The position numbers were made by a program, and so were the translations under genes. A stretch of 64,000 nucleotides of DNA from an uncultured delta proteobacterium (GTDB lineage Bacteria; Desulfobacterota; BSN033; UBA1163): the NCBI GenBank assembly GCA_963827685.1, contig CAWHBU010000004.1:1-64000 (forward strand). Reading direction: 5' to 3'. Positions 50,955-60,837 of this stretch are shown piece after piece; the stretch's first letter is position 1, and each line of letters opens with the position of its first letter. Below the pieces are notes generated by a model, which saw only the letters and a program-made list of their open reading frames with translations, had not been told where the DNA came from and made no database searches.

Positions 50955-51049
50955 ATGGGAAGACACGGAGAAACAAGAGATAATTAGAGTTTCACCGTGT
51001 CACCGAGTCACGTATTCCCCGTGTCAAGGTATAGCGGAGGATTCTTTAG

Positions 51050-52501
51050 ATGAAAATACCAGAGATTGACCTCTATCTCATTGCACCGGAGATTATCATC
51101 ACTGCCTTTGGGTTTTTGGTGCTTCTGTTGGACGTCTTTTTACCCAAAGGAGAGAGAAAGGGGTACCTTGGAGTCATCAGCCTCATCGGGATATTTTTTG
51201 CCGGTCTTTATACTTTGCCGCAGATGGGATCTGTTAGATCCGGGTTTGAAGGGATGTTCATCTCGGATGGGTATGCTCTTTTTTTCAAAATCACTTTTCT
51301 GATCATCGCCTTTTTGACCGTCCTGATCTCTATTGGTTACATTCATAGGGAAATGATCGAGTTTGGGGAATATTATGCCCTGATCCTTTTTGCGACCCTC
51401 GGGATGATGCTGATGGCAGCGGGGTCTCATTTGATCATCATCTTCCTCGGTCTGGAAACGATGTCCATTTCCATCTATATCCTGGCCGGAATGATGCGAG
51501 AGGATAAAAGGTCAGTGGAAGCCGCATTGAAATATTTTCTTCTGGGTGCTTTTGCCACAGGATTCCTCCTCTATGGCATTGCCCTCATCTATGGTGCCAC
51601 AGGATCCCTTTATCTGAAGGACATCGCTTCTTATATTACCTCCAAAAATCTCTTGAGAAGCCCGATGCTTCTGATGAGCCTTGTTTTTCTCACCATTGGT
51701 TTCGGCTTCAAGATTGCTTCTGTCCCTTTTCATATGTGGACGCCCGATGTCTATGAAGGCGCTCCGACTTCCATTACTGCTTTCATGGCCACAGGTGTGA
51801 AGGCTGCCGGTTTTTCGGCCTTGATCAGAGTCTTCTTCTCCGCCTTGCCGGCATTTCGCCCTGATTGGACATCGATCATGTGGCTGATTTGCGTGGCCAC
51901 GATGACGGTCGGAAACATCGTAGCGATCTCCCAGGCCAATATTAAACGGATGTTAGCTTACTCGAGTATTGCGCATGCCGGGTACATTTTGGTTGCCTTT
52001 GTCGCGGGGAACGATTTAGGGACTTCAGGCATGCTTTTCTATCTCATGGCCTATGCCTTTATGAACATCGGTGCCTTTACCGTGGTCATCCTTCTCGGGA
52101 AGAAGGGAGAAGAGAACACCCTGATTAAGGATTATGCAGGGATTGGATTCAAATACCCGCTCCTGGCCGCTTCCATGACCATCTTTCTCCTCTCCATGGC
52201 AGGCATTCCTCCTCTGGGAGGATTCATGGCCAAATTCTATATTTTTAGTGCAGCGGTGAAGTCGAAATTTTATTGGTTGGCCATCCTCGGTGTCCTGAAC
52301 AGTGCGGTTTCGGTTTACTATTATCTGCGGGTCACTGTGCTCATGTATTTCAGGGAATCCGAGCGAGAGATCACCGGCCTCGAATTTTCACCTGCTTCTG
52401 TGATCGCATTGATTTTGGCCGTGATCGGAACCCTCTACATGGGGATCTTCCCCGCCAATGTGCTTTCCTTAGCTCAACGCTCCATCGCAGGGTTAATGTA
52501 G
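51050..52501 (+). CDS. nuoN: Complex I subunit N
   Basis: EAALKYFLLG, FKIASVPFHMWTPDVYEGAPT, KRMLAYSSIAHAGY, AGIPPLGGF.AK. Confidence 0.97.
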   Translation: MKIPEIDLYLIAPEIIITAFGFLVLLLDVFLPKGERKGYLGVISLIGIFFAGLYTLPQMGSVRSGFEGMFISDGYALFFKITFLIIAFLTVLISIGYIHREMIEFGEYYALILFATLGMMLMAAGSHLIIIFLGLETMSISIYILAGMMREDKRSVEAALKYFLLGAFATGFLLYGIALIYGATGSLYLKDIASYITSKNLLRSPMLLMSLVFLTIGFGFKIASVPFHMWTPDVYEGAPTSITAFMATGVKAAGFSALIRVFFSALPAFRPDWTSIMWLICVATMTVGNIVAISQANIKRMLAYSSIAHAGYILVAFVAGNDLGTSGMLFYLMAYAFMNIGAFTVVILLGKKGEENTLIKDYAGIGFKYPLLAASMTIFLLSMAGIPPLGGFMAKFYIFSAAVKSKFYWLAILGVLNSAVSVYYYLRVTVLMYFRESEREITGLEFSPASVIALILAVIGTLYMGIFPANVLSLAQRSIAGLM

Positions 52502-52633
52502 GAAATGGAAGAGTTTAAAGACACCCATTTTAATTCCTCAATTGACTCCATAAAATACATTCAACAAACTATAAGCAGAACCTAAAGCTATCTTTTCAAA
52601 ACCTAATCAACATTCTTGGCAGGAGAGAATATT

Positions 52634-52777
52634 ATGGTGCAAAAAGAACGCCGATCTAGAATAGATAGAAGGAGAGGTGTGGATCGCAGGAAATTTAACG
52701 ATCCGAATTACAAAGGTCCTGAACGCAGAGGCGGAAAAGACAGGAGATCTAGAAAAGAAAGAAGGAAATCTGCTTAA
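52634..52777 (+). CDS. 47-aa Arg-rich microprotein with repeated (D/E)RR motifs
   Basis: MVQKERRSRIDRRRGVDRRKFNDPNYKGPERRGGKDRRSRKERRKSA; AGGAG SD upstream; below the ORF-track cutoff. Confidence 0.65.
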   Translation: MVQKERRSRIDRRRGVDRRKFNDPNYKGPERRGGKDRRSRKERRKSA

Positions 52778-53801
52778 TAGACCAATAAGTTCAGCTCTTG
52801 ATCCTTTTGCTAAGAATCAATTTCAGGATTGGTACCATTCGCTGTCTTCCCTATCTTTCCCATCAGTTGGATGTAGCATTGGCGTTCCTGCCTACCGGCA
52901 GGCAGGTATTGCCGACGTATTCTTCTATTTAATTCCGGCAATCCGAAAAACCTACCATTTTTATTCCTGTTTGACTTCTTTGCCCAAATTCAATAAACTC
53001 TAAACGAGATTATAGCTTCGCTTCGTTTGTGGCCAAAAAGATCCCGAAGGCTTGGGGACGCTAAGGTGAGAGGTGAAAAATGGAGGAGAAAGCAAGGTTT
53101 AGCAAGGAGGATATAGGTGGTGAAATACTCCCTATACTGACAACAGGACTCTACAAGGATATTTTGGATACTATCCGTGAGTACATTCAAAATGCGATTG
53201 ATGCCCAAAGTCGCCGGATAGAAATCATCATAGATCCCGACACAATAACAATTACTGACAATGGCTTAGGCATGGATTTCCAGGAGGCAAGAAAAGCAAT
53301 AAAATTAGGTGTTTCTGAGAAGAATCCTTTGGAAAACGTAGGATTCCGGGGAATTGGAATTTACAGTGCTTTTAATTTATGCAATGGCCTTGAAATCTAT
53401 ACCAAACCAGCATCTGAAGATCACTGCAGCGTTATTCGTTTTGATTTTAAGAAAATGCGCGAGGCACTGCTTAAGGACCAGGAACAAAGAAAGAGAGGAA
53501 AGCCCTCTTCTCTGTACCTTGAAAAATTACTTAATGATACGGTCATTGTAGAAATTGATAAAGAAAAAACACTAAAAGAGCACGGCACTAGAGCAATAAT
53601 GTTTGATCTATTAGAAGATGTTTATCGGCGAATAAACAATTGGGATGAGATAGTGGGTTACCTTCAAGATGTTGTCCCTTTGCCGTTTCAGGCAAATTTT
53701 AAGTACGCCACTGTTATTAAGAAGAAATTCGAGCAAGAAGATTATAGAGTAGTTCCTCTTGAACTTCAAATTGGTAACCGACGAGAGGAAATATATCGAC
53801 C

Positions 53802-55129
53802 CAGTACTGTCCGGTTAAGGATTTTTAAAAACTGACAATGTTAAACAATGTTAATAGGATAAACATAACAATGACCGTTTTCGATTTCAGATCGTCTGCT
53901 TTTATTGGCCATAATACTTCCATCTCAGAGTGGAAAGGAATGGTCAATGCACTGTGGACGAATGATCTTTTCACAACTCATAAACTTTCTGCCCAAACAC
54001 GAATTCAACAAGTGTGTGCGAAGATACCAAGGCAATTACCGAGTCCGAAGATTTTCCTGTTTCGATCAATTTCTCTGCATGGCCTTCGCCCAGCTTACTT
54101 ACCGAGAAAGTCTTCGCGAGACCGAAACGTGCTTGCGCGCCTTGCAGTCCAAACTCTACCATGTAGGGATTCGGAGCAAAGTCGCTCGAAGCACCCTGGC
54201 CGAAGCCAACGAAAACAGAGACTGGCGGATCTACGCCGATTTTGCTCAAGTGCTGATCCGAAGAGCAAGGTACCTGTATGCCAAAGAAGATTTCGGCGTG
54301 CTCTTGGATCAAGCCGCCTATGCCTTCGATTCGACGACGATCGATCTCTGTCTCTCGCTTTTTCCTTGGGCCCATTTTCGCAAACGCAAAGGCGCCATCA
54401 AACTCCATACGCTGATGGACCTCCATGGCAGTATCCCCTGCTTTATCCGCGTTACCGAAGGCAATGTTCACGACGTCAATCTCCTCGACCAATTGATCTT
54501 AGAGCCTGGCTCTTTTTACATTATGGATCGCGGCTATATCGATTTTGCCCGCCTGTATGTGTTCGCCCTCCATTCAGCCTTCTTTATCATTCGCGCCAAG
54601 AGAAATCTCGATTGCACTCGTCGAAGCTACCGCCTCGTCGACAAAACCACGGGACTCCGAAGCGATCAAACGATTCTTCTCAATGGCCCAAAGACCTCCC
54701 AGGAATATCCCGATCCCCTTCGCCGGATCAGCTATTTCGATATCGTAACGTCCAAACGATTCGTATTCCTGACAAACAATTTTATGCTCAACCCTCTGAC
54801 CATTACCCAACTGTACAAATGCCGCTGGCAGGTGGAACTCTTCTTCAAGTGGATCAAACAGCACCTTCGAATCAAATCCTTTTATGGAACCTCCGAGAAT
54901 GCAGTGAAAACCCAAATCTGGATTGCAATAAGTATTTATGTTCTCTCCGCTATTATCAAGAAAGAATTGAAACTCGACCGAAGTCTCAACGAAATCCTGC
55001 AAATCTTGAGCATCACTTTATTCGAGAAAAACCCCATTTATCAGGTGCTTTCAGGTTTTTTTGATGATATTAAAAAACCCGATTTCTGTAACCAATTGTC
55101 TTTATTCAATTCTTAACCGGACAGCACTG
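53802..55129 (+). mobile_element. IS4-family insertion sequence, 1328 bp
   Basis: TIRs CAGTACTGTCCGGTTAAG / CTTAACCGGACAGCACTG; 9-bp TSD ATATCGACC at 53793-53801 and 55130-55138. Confidence 0.95.
53947..55116 (+). CDS. IS4-family DDE transposase (DUF4372 + DDE)
   Basis: FSC.DQFLCMAFAQLT.RESLR, AFDSTTI, IMDRGY, YKCRWQVELFFKWIKQ (YREK motif). Confidence 0.95.
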   Translation: MHCGRMIFSQLINFLPKHEFNKCVRRYQGNYRVRRFSCFDQFLCMAFAQLTYRESLRETETCLRALQSKLYHVGIRSKVARSTLAEANENRDWRIYADFAQVLIRRARYLYAKEDFGVLLDQAAYAFDSTTIDLCLSLFPWAHFRKRKGAIKLHTLMDLHGSIPCFIRVTEGNVHDVNLLDQLILEPGSFYIMDRGYIDFARLYVFALHSAFFIIRAKRNLDCTRRSYRLVDKTTGLRSDQTILLNGPKTSQEYPDPLRRISYFDIVTSKRFVFLTNNFMLNPLTITQLYKCRWQVELFFKWIKQHLRIKSFYGTSENAVKTQIWIAISIYVLSAIIKKELKLDRSLNEILQILSITLFEKNPIYQVLSGFFDDIKKPDFCNQLSLFNS

Positions 55130-56157
55130 ATATCGACCATATAATAATGATATGTTTTCACATGGAGGTGAACACCCTCCCAAATTCTTTGAGATATCGT
55201 CAGGGAAAGAAAAGTTTGGTTTTGCTTGGGTGTGCATAAGCGATGCCCGTCAGGTCTTAAAAAACCCTAAACTTCGGGGCTTTCTAATAAAAAAGTCTGG
55301 TTTTTCAATTTCTGACCGAAACTACTTTGAACCCTACTTCGGCCGTACTGTTATTAACCGACGTATTACTGGGGAAGTCATTGTTAAACACACGAATCTA
55401 ATTCCTAACGCAGCAAGAAGTGACTTCGAACATAATTCATCACGCCAAGCCTTTCTAGAAGCTTTACCTAAATTTATTCTAGAAGTTACATCGTGGGCCA
55501 ATAAAATACAAGATGAGGACAAAGCCAAAGAAGTTCTCGCGCAAGTTTCAGAGGAAATCGTGCAAATCAATAAAACACTCAGAATAAGTTCACGTGACAG
55601 AGTGAATGTTCCTTCGATTATGTCGAAAGGAATACTCTCACACAAACATGCAAAAAAGATAAACCACAATTCCGTTGCCATGGAGGAAATACAAGACCGG
55701 AGGGAAAAGAAAGTTGTTCCGGGTGGGCGCCCATTACATGAATATGTGAATTTGTATTTCCATGCAAGAAATCCAATGCTTTACGTTCGGCGATCTCACC
55801 ATATTGATCTTTGTATCTTGTGTGTAGGTACACAAATTCTTGACTTGCCAGGGGTTGTCATTGCTGATCGGAACGCTTCCAGTGATTATGCGCGGTTCGC
55901 TCCTGCACCGCACGGGCTTTCAATTGTTGACAAGGAGACCACGTTTGCTGAATACTGGACTCATCAGGACCCGTTTGAGGCGATGCGTCGTAAATCGGCA
56001 AAATGTGCCGAAGTTTTGGTTCCGGATCGCATAGACCCTTGTCTTATTATGGGAGCCTATGTTTCTTGTCTAGAGGCAAAGACGAAGTTTGAAGCATTGG
56101 CGGTTGATATTCCAGTGACAGTAAATTCATATCTTTTCTTCAAATAGGGAGGGAGAA

Positions 56158-57282
56158 ATGGTCAAAGTATTGATGGGTGACATTCTGAAATCTAAGGCCC
56201 AGACCCTTGTCAATACTGTAAATTGTGTTGGAATTATGGGCAAGGGGATTGCGCTTGAATTTAAGGAGCAGTTCCCCGACATGTTCAATGATTATGTGGA
56301 GCGGTGCAATCGTAATGAGGTTAGACTCGGCAAACCTTACTTGTTCAAGAGACTAACACCACCCTGGATTTTGAACTTCCCGACAAAGGGCCACTGGCGT
56401 TCAGTGTCACGGATCGAAGACATTATAAAGGGTCTAAAATATTTGCTTCAACACTATAAAGAATGGGGAATTACGTCTCTTGCTGTACCCCCACTTGGGT
56501 GTGGTCAAGGTCAACTGGAGTGGAAGATAGTTGGTCCAACGCTATACCGTTATTTGAACCAATTAGATATACCCGTCGAACTCTATGCACCTCACGGCAC
56601 GTCACATGAAGAACTGCAGCCTGAATTTCTTGATCAAGAGATAGATATTAAACCTGTTGAGCCAGGATTGGCTCCGGAAAGGGTTAAACCCGCGTGGCTT
56701 GCGGTAGTTGAGATTCTAAGCCGGTTGGAACAAGAACCCTATCACTGGCCTGTAGGTCGAACTACATTCCAAAAAATTGCGTACATTGCTACCCAAGAAG
56801 GCTTGCCCACCGGACTACACTATCAAAAATCAAGTTTCGGCCCTTTCTCACCAGAGTTAAAGGGTGTTATCACCCGACTAGTCAACAATGGCTTAATACG
56901 AGAGGAGCAGCTTGGACGAATGTTTGCGGTTAAAGTTGGGCGAACCTTCTCAGACGCACGGAAAGCCTACATGAATGAACTGGCTCAATGGGAACCAATT
57001 ATTGAGAAAACAACAGATCTATTCATGCGTATGCAAACGAGGCAATCCGAGGTCGTGGCGACAGTCCTTTTCGCTGCAAACACATTGGTAAATAGAAATA
57101 AAGAGCAACCTTCCGAAAAAGAAGTCTTGAATGAGGTGATGGAATGGAAGCAACGTCGCCGTCCAAAACTTGATGACAAGGAAGTTGCCTACACCATTCG
57201 AAATCTGGCTGCTTTGAGTTGGCTAAAAGTCAAACCAAGTTCAGACTTACCGATACCGGATGAAATTATTGCTGAAGCATAA
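56158..57282 (+). CDS. darG: DarG macrodomain antitoxin (DNA ADP-ribosylglycohydrolase)
   Basis: GDIL.S.AQTLVNTVNCVGIMGKGIALEFK..FP, NFPTK.HW, PPLGCG.GQL.W; C-terminal QKIAY...FGPFS; follows darT. Confidence 0.9.
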   Translation: MVKVLMGDILKSKAQTLVNTVNCVGIMGKGIALEFKEQFPDMFNDYVERCNRNEVRLGKPYLFKRLTPPWILNFPTKGHWRSVSRIEDIIKGLKYLLQHYKEWGITSLAVPPLGCGQGQLEWKIVGPTLYRYLNQLDIPVELYAPHGTSHEELQPEFLDQEIDIKPVEPGLAPERVKPAWLAVVEILSRLEQEPYHWPVGRTTFQKIAYIATQEGLPTGLHYQKSSFGPFSPELKGVITRLVNNGLIREEQLGRMFAVKVGRTFSDARKAYMNELAQWEPIIEKTTDLFMRMQTRQSEVVATVLFAANTLVNRNKEQPSEKEVLNEVMEWKQRRRPKLDDKEVAYTIRNLAALSWLKVKPSSDLPIPDEIIAEA

Positions 57283-57507
57283 TTTAATAATGATTATGAA
57301 GTTCTCTCAAAGGGTTGCAGAGTCCAATTAGGGACAAGACCTGGATTATGTATCTTAAGGAAAGTTAAGGTTGGAGGAAGAGAATTGAATCAATGCCATA
57401 TATTTGGACTCACCGAACAATCATTGATTATTAAAGAGGGAAACATATCAACGAGTAGCCCTTTACAAATTTAGCGAACCGAATCATGCCCTGTCCCTGA
57501 AAAATCA

Positions 57508-60003
57508 ATGAAAGACCTTGAAAACCTTCGAACCCAGCTCCAAAAAGCATTAGCCGAATGTGCTTCCTTAAGGGAGGAAAATAAACAATTAAAGAAACTA
57601 CTTGGTCTGTCTTCTGAAGAAATTGTTCCACTTCACGAACTTGCCATTTCAGAACCATTGAGCCTATACACTGTCACAAGCACTCCGGTGATCAATAACT
57701 TTTCGATAGAAGAGCAAGTTACTCTTTTCCGCTCTCTATTTCGTGGGCGGGAAGACGTGTATCCAGTCAGATGGGAAGGGAAATATGGAAGATCCGGATA
57801 TTCTCCTGCGTGTGCAAACGAATGGAAACGTCCCTTATGCGGTAAACCTAAGACGAAATGTGGGGATTGCGGAAACCGAAATCTCGTGCCAGTGACGGAT
57901 GAGGTAATCCGGGGCCATCTAATCGGAAAACATATCATTGGAGTCTACCCACTCTTATTGGATGAAACTTGTTGGTTTCTTGCTATAGATTTCGATAAGA
58001 AGACCTGGCAGGAGGATGTGGTCGTTTTTCTTCGGGTCTGCCGAGAAATAGGGGTTCCTGCGGCGCTTGAGCGTTCCCGGTCAGGACAGGGTGGTCACGT
58101 TTGGATATTCTTTGATCGTCCAATTGAGGCTTCAATAGCCCGGAAGTTCGGTTGTACCATCCTGACGCGTGCTATGGAGCGGAGACATCAAATTGGTTTG
58201 GATTCCTATGACCGATTCTTTCCTAGCCAAGATACTCTGCCAAAAGGCGGGTTTGGTAATCTCATTGCCCTTCCATTGCAATTTACTTCAAAAAAGAAGG
58301 GTAATAGCGTTTTCGTGAACGAAGGCTTTGAAGCTTTTCCCGACCAGTGGCTGTTCCTTTCCACAATCAAAAGAATTCGGAGGGACGAGGTAGAAGCTAT
58401 TGTTCAGGAGGCATCGAGAAATGGAAGCATCATTGACGTCCGCATAAGTCTTACTGATGGAGAAGCCTCTGAAGACCCTTGGACTTTACCTCCGTCAAAG
58501 AAAAGAATTGAAAAAACCATTCAAGGACGTTTGCCCCAAACTGTTCAGTTGGTCCAAAGTAACCTGGTCTATATAGAAAAAAAGGGGTTACCCCCTGCTA
58601 TGCTAAACCGACTAATTCGTTTAGCTGCTTTCCAAAACCCCGATTTCTACAGGGCTCAGGCGATGCGGCTGTCGACATTCGGCAAACCGCGAGTTATTGG
58701 TTGCGCTGAGGATTTTGCCGACCATATCGGTCTTCCCAGAGGCTGTATCGATGATGCACTAGCAGTGTTTAAAGCCCACAATATCAACACAAAAATCGAC
58801 AATAAGCGTTTAGAGGGTACCACGATAGACGCAACTTTTCGTGGCGAACTCCATCCTTTCCAACAAGAGGCGGGCGACAAAATGCTAGCTTATGACAACG
58901 GCATTTTGTTAGCTCCCACCGCTTTTGGCAAGACGGTGTTAGCGGCATGGCTCATTGCTCAAAGAAAAGTGAATACCCTCGTATTAGTGCATCGCAGACA
59001 ACTCATGGATCAGTGGAGAGAACGGTTAGCACTGTTTCTTGATAAACCTATAGAAGATCTTGGTCAGATAGGTGGGGGCAAGACGAAGGTGACTGGTCAT
59101 ATTGACGTTGGTTTAATACAGAGCCTCATTCGCAAGGGCGAGGTCAAGGACATGGTGGCTGAATACGGTCAAGTCATCATTGATGAGTGCCACCATATTC
59201 CTGCCTTTACCTTTGAACAAGTTCTCAAACAGGCGAAGGCTAGGTATGTTGTCGGCCTTACGGCAACCCCTATTCGTAAGGATGGTCATCACCCAATAAT
59301 CATGATGCAGTGCGGTCCAATTCGTTTCAAGGAGAACGCTAAAAGACACGCAACGATAACGCCATTTGAACATGTCGTCTTGACAAGGTTCACTGATTTC
59401 AAATTGCCTCCGGAATTAACCGATCCTAAAATACAAGATATTTATTCAGCCCTTGTATTTGACAAACATCGCAACGAATTAATCTTCAACGATCTACTGA
59501 AAGCTTTAGAAACAGGACGGTCGCCCCTACTCCTAACAGAGCGTACTGAGCATTTAGAATGGTTCGCAGAACATCTTAAGGGTTTTGCTCAGAATATCAT
59601 AATTCTTAGGGGCGGCATGGGCACAAAACAACGTAAAGCACTGGCTGAACAGATTAAAGCAATTCCCGATTCAAAGGAGAGGGTAATCATTGCCACAGGG
59701 CGGTATATCGGTGAGGGTTTTGATGATGCTAGACTGGACACATTATTTTTGGCTATGCCAATCTCTTGGCGTGGCACACTCCAGCAATATGTAGGCCGTC
59801 TTCACCGACTTCACGATAATAAGCAAGTGGTGCAAGTTTATGATTATGTTGACATTCATATTCCGACATTGATGAGAATGTATAAGAAACGGCTGAAGGG
59901 TTATGACGCAATCGGGTATTTGGTTCAAAATTCTCAGGAAAACCAGGGAGAAAAGAGCGATGAATTACTGCCCGAAACCAAAGACACTGTCTTGGATATC
60001 TAA
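57508..60003 (+). CDS. AEP-type primase (TOTE-conflict-like) fused to an SF2 DEAD/DEAH helicase
   Basis: LFRGREDVY, FLAIDFD, ERSRSG.GGHVW, GNLIALPLQ; APTAFGKT, IIDECHH, GLTATP, GEGFD, QYVGRL.R. Confidence 0.8.
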   Translation: MKDLENLRTQLQKALAECASLREENKQLKKLLGLSSEEIVPLHELAISEPLSLYTVTSTPVINNFSIEEQVTLFRSLFRGREDVYPVRWEGKYGRSGYSPACANEWKRPLCGKPKTKCGDCGNRNLVPVTDEVIRGHLIGKHIIGVYPLLLDETCWFLAIDFDKKTWQEDVVVFLRVCREIGVPAALERSRSGQGGHVWIFFDRPIEASIARKFGCTILTRAMERRHQIGLDSYDRFFPSQDTLPKGGFGNLIALPLQFTSKKKGNSVFVNEGFEAFPDQWLFLSTIKRIRRDEVEAIVQEASRNGSIIDVRISLTDGEASEDPWTLPPSKKRIEKTIQGRLPQTVQLVQSNLVYIEKKGLPPAMLNRLIRLAAFQNPDFYRAQAMRLSTFGKPRVIGCAEDFADHIGLPRGCIDDALAVFKAHNINTKIDNKRLEGTTIDATFRGELHPFQQEAGDKMLAYDNGILLAPTAFGKTVLAAWLIAQRKVNTLVLVHRRQLMDQWRERLALFLDKPIEDLGQIGGGKTKVTGHIDVGLIQSLIRKGEVKDMVAEYGQVIIDECHHIPAFTFEQVLKQAKARYVVGLTATPIRKDGHHPIIMMQCGPIRFKENAKRHATITPFEHVVLTRFTDFKLPPELTDPKIQDIYSALVFDKHRNELIFNDLLKALETGRSPLLLTERTEHLEWFAEHLKGFAQNIIILRGGMGTKQRKALAEQIKAIPDSKERVIIATGRYIGEGFDDARLDTLFLAMPISWRGTLQQYVGRLHRLHDNKQVVQVYDYVDIHIPTLMRMYKKRLKGYDAIGYLVQNSQENQGEKSDELLPETKDTVLDI

Positions 60004-60147
60004 GAAAAATGGGCATCAATACTGTTGAGACTGACACTCAATCAGCAAAAATTTTAGACTCCGCATGGAAAATCCAGAACAATGTTTCGTAAGTCACCAA
60101 ATCCGCAGACGCTATTTGCTAAGTCTGGACCGATCCACGAAAAAAAT

Positions 60148-60180
60148 AAAGGGCACACTCTGAAATGAAGTGTGCCCTTT
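60148..60180. terminator. Bidirectional intrinsic terminator
   Basis: AAAGGGCACACT/AGTGTGCCCTTT stem with A/T tracts, between convergent genes. Confidence 0.8.
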
Positions 60181-60216
60181 TATAAAAAACGGGAATGACT
60201 TCCCGGTTATTTTGTT

Positions 60217-60606
60217 TTAATAGCCCTTTTCAGAAGGAGCTTTTTCCTTCATCCCTGTGGTTTTTGGTGCACTCACACTGACCGTATCAGCCACCGATTT
60301 GTTCCCTTCTTTGGCGTATTCGACAGTGACTTCCTGTCCTTTCTTCAAATCGGCGAGGGCGAGCGTCTTCGTGCCTTCAGTGATCTTTGCCTTGTCACTC
60401 AACGGGAAGGTTATTTCTTCTTTTCCGCTCTTCACGGAAAAATCCTTCCTGGCCACATCCACCCTTTCGATAACACCAATGTACTTCTCGAGTTTGGGTG
60501 CGGCTGGTGTTGCTGAGACAGGAGCTTTTTGTTCTGCTGCCATGACAGCGGCGACAAAGATCACTGAAGCGGCTAAGACCATAACCGTCAACATTGTTCT
60601 TCTCAT
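60217..60606 (-). CDS. Small exported beta-barrel/OB-fold-like protein
   Basis: Signal peptide; GVIERVD...LADLKKGQEVTVEY; SD AGGAGG before ATG 60606. Confidence 0.7.
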   Translation of the reverse strand: MRRTMLTVMVLAASVIFVAAVMAAEQKAPVSATPAAPKLEKYIGVIERVDVARKDFSVKSGKEEITFPLSDKAKITEGTKTLALADLKKGQEVTVEYAKEGNKSVADTVSVSAPKTTGMKEKAPSEKGY

Positions 60607-60837
60607 GTTGTTCACCTCCTGTCTGTTGAGATTTTGTTTCCTAATTTAATTTTGAGCGAGGAGAATGAATTCTGTCAAGAATGGGAATTGGGCTGGTGTA
60701 GAAAAAATAAAGGTGCTATCTTTCGGGATAAGAAGGTTCTCTTTTTTTGGTCAACGGAACCGGTTATAATATCGTTTGCAAAATTTAGACCGTCCGATAT
60801 AACGCAGCAAAAAATCAAATTCCAGGGATGTGGTGTG

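Larger units (their letters stand above)
53080..56147 (+). pseudogene. darT: GHKL (Hsp90/MORC-like) ATPase fused to DarT, interrupted by an IS4 element
   Basis: REYIQNAIDA, DNGLGM, VGFRGIG, HGTR motifs; removing the IS and one TSD gives EEIYRPYNNDMFSH in frame with 55152..56147, which ends in DarT motifs (IQDRR, YVNLYFHARNPMLY, DRNASS, AEVLVP); 576 aa reconstructed. Confidence 0.85.

Noticed and set aside
47293-52501. Complex I variant with an extra antiporter subunit (2M type)
   Set aside because: Only one each of nuoL, nuoM and nuoN is present.
53030-53075. c-di-GMP-I riboswitch-like string (GGCCAAAAAG..CGAAG..GGGACGCTAAGG)
   Set aside because: Only partial resemblance; I could not build the P1/P2 stems. 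An Infernal search would settle it.
53838-55064. 408-aa alternate-frame ORF inside the IS
   Set aside because: It overlaps the DDE transposase almost entirely, is Arg/Ser/Pro-rich and has no motifs.
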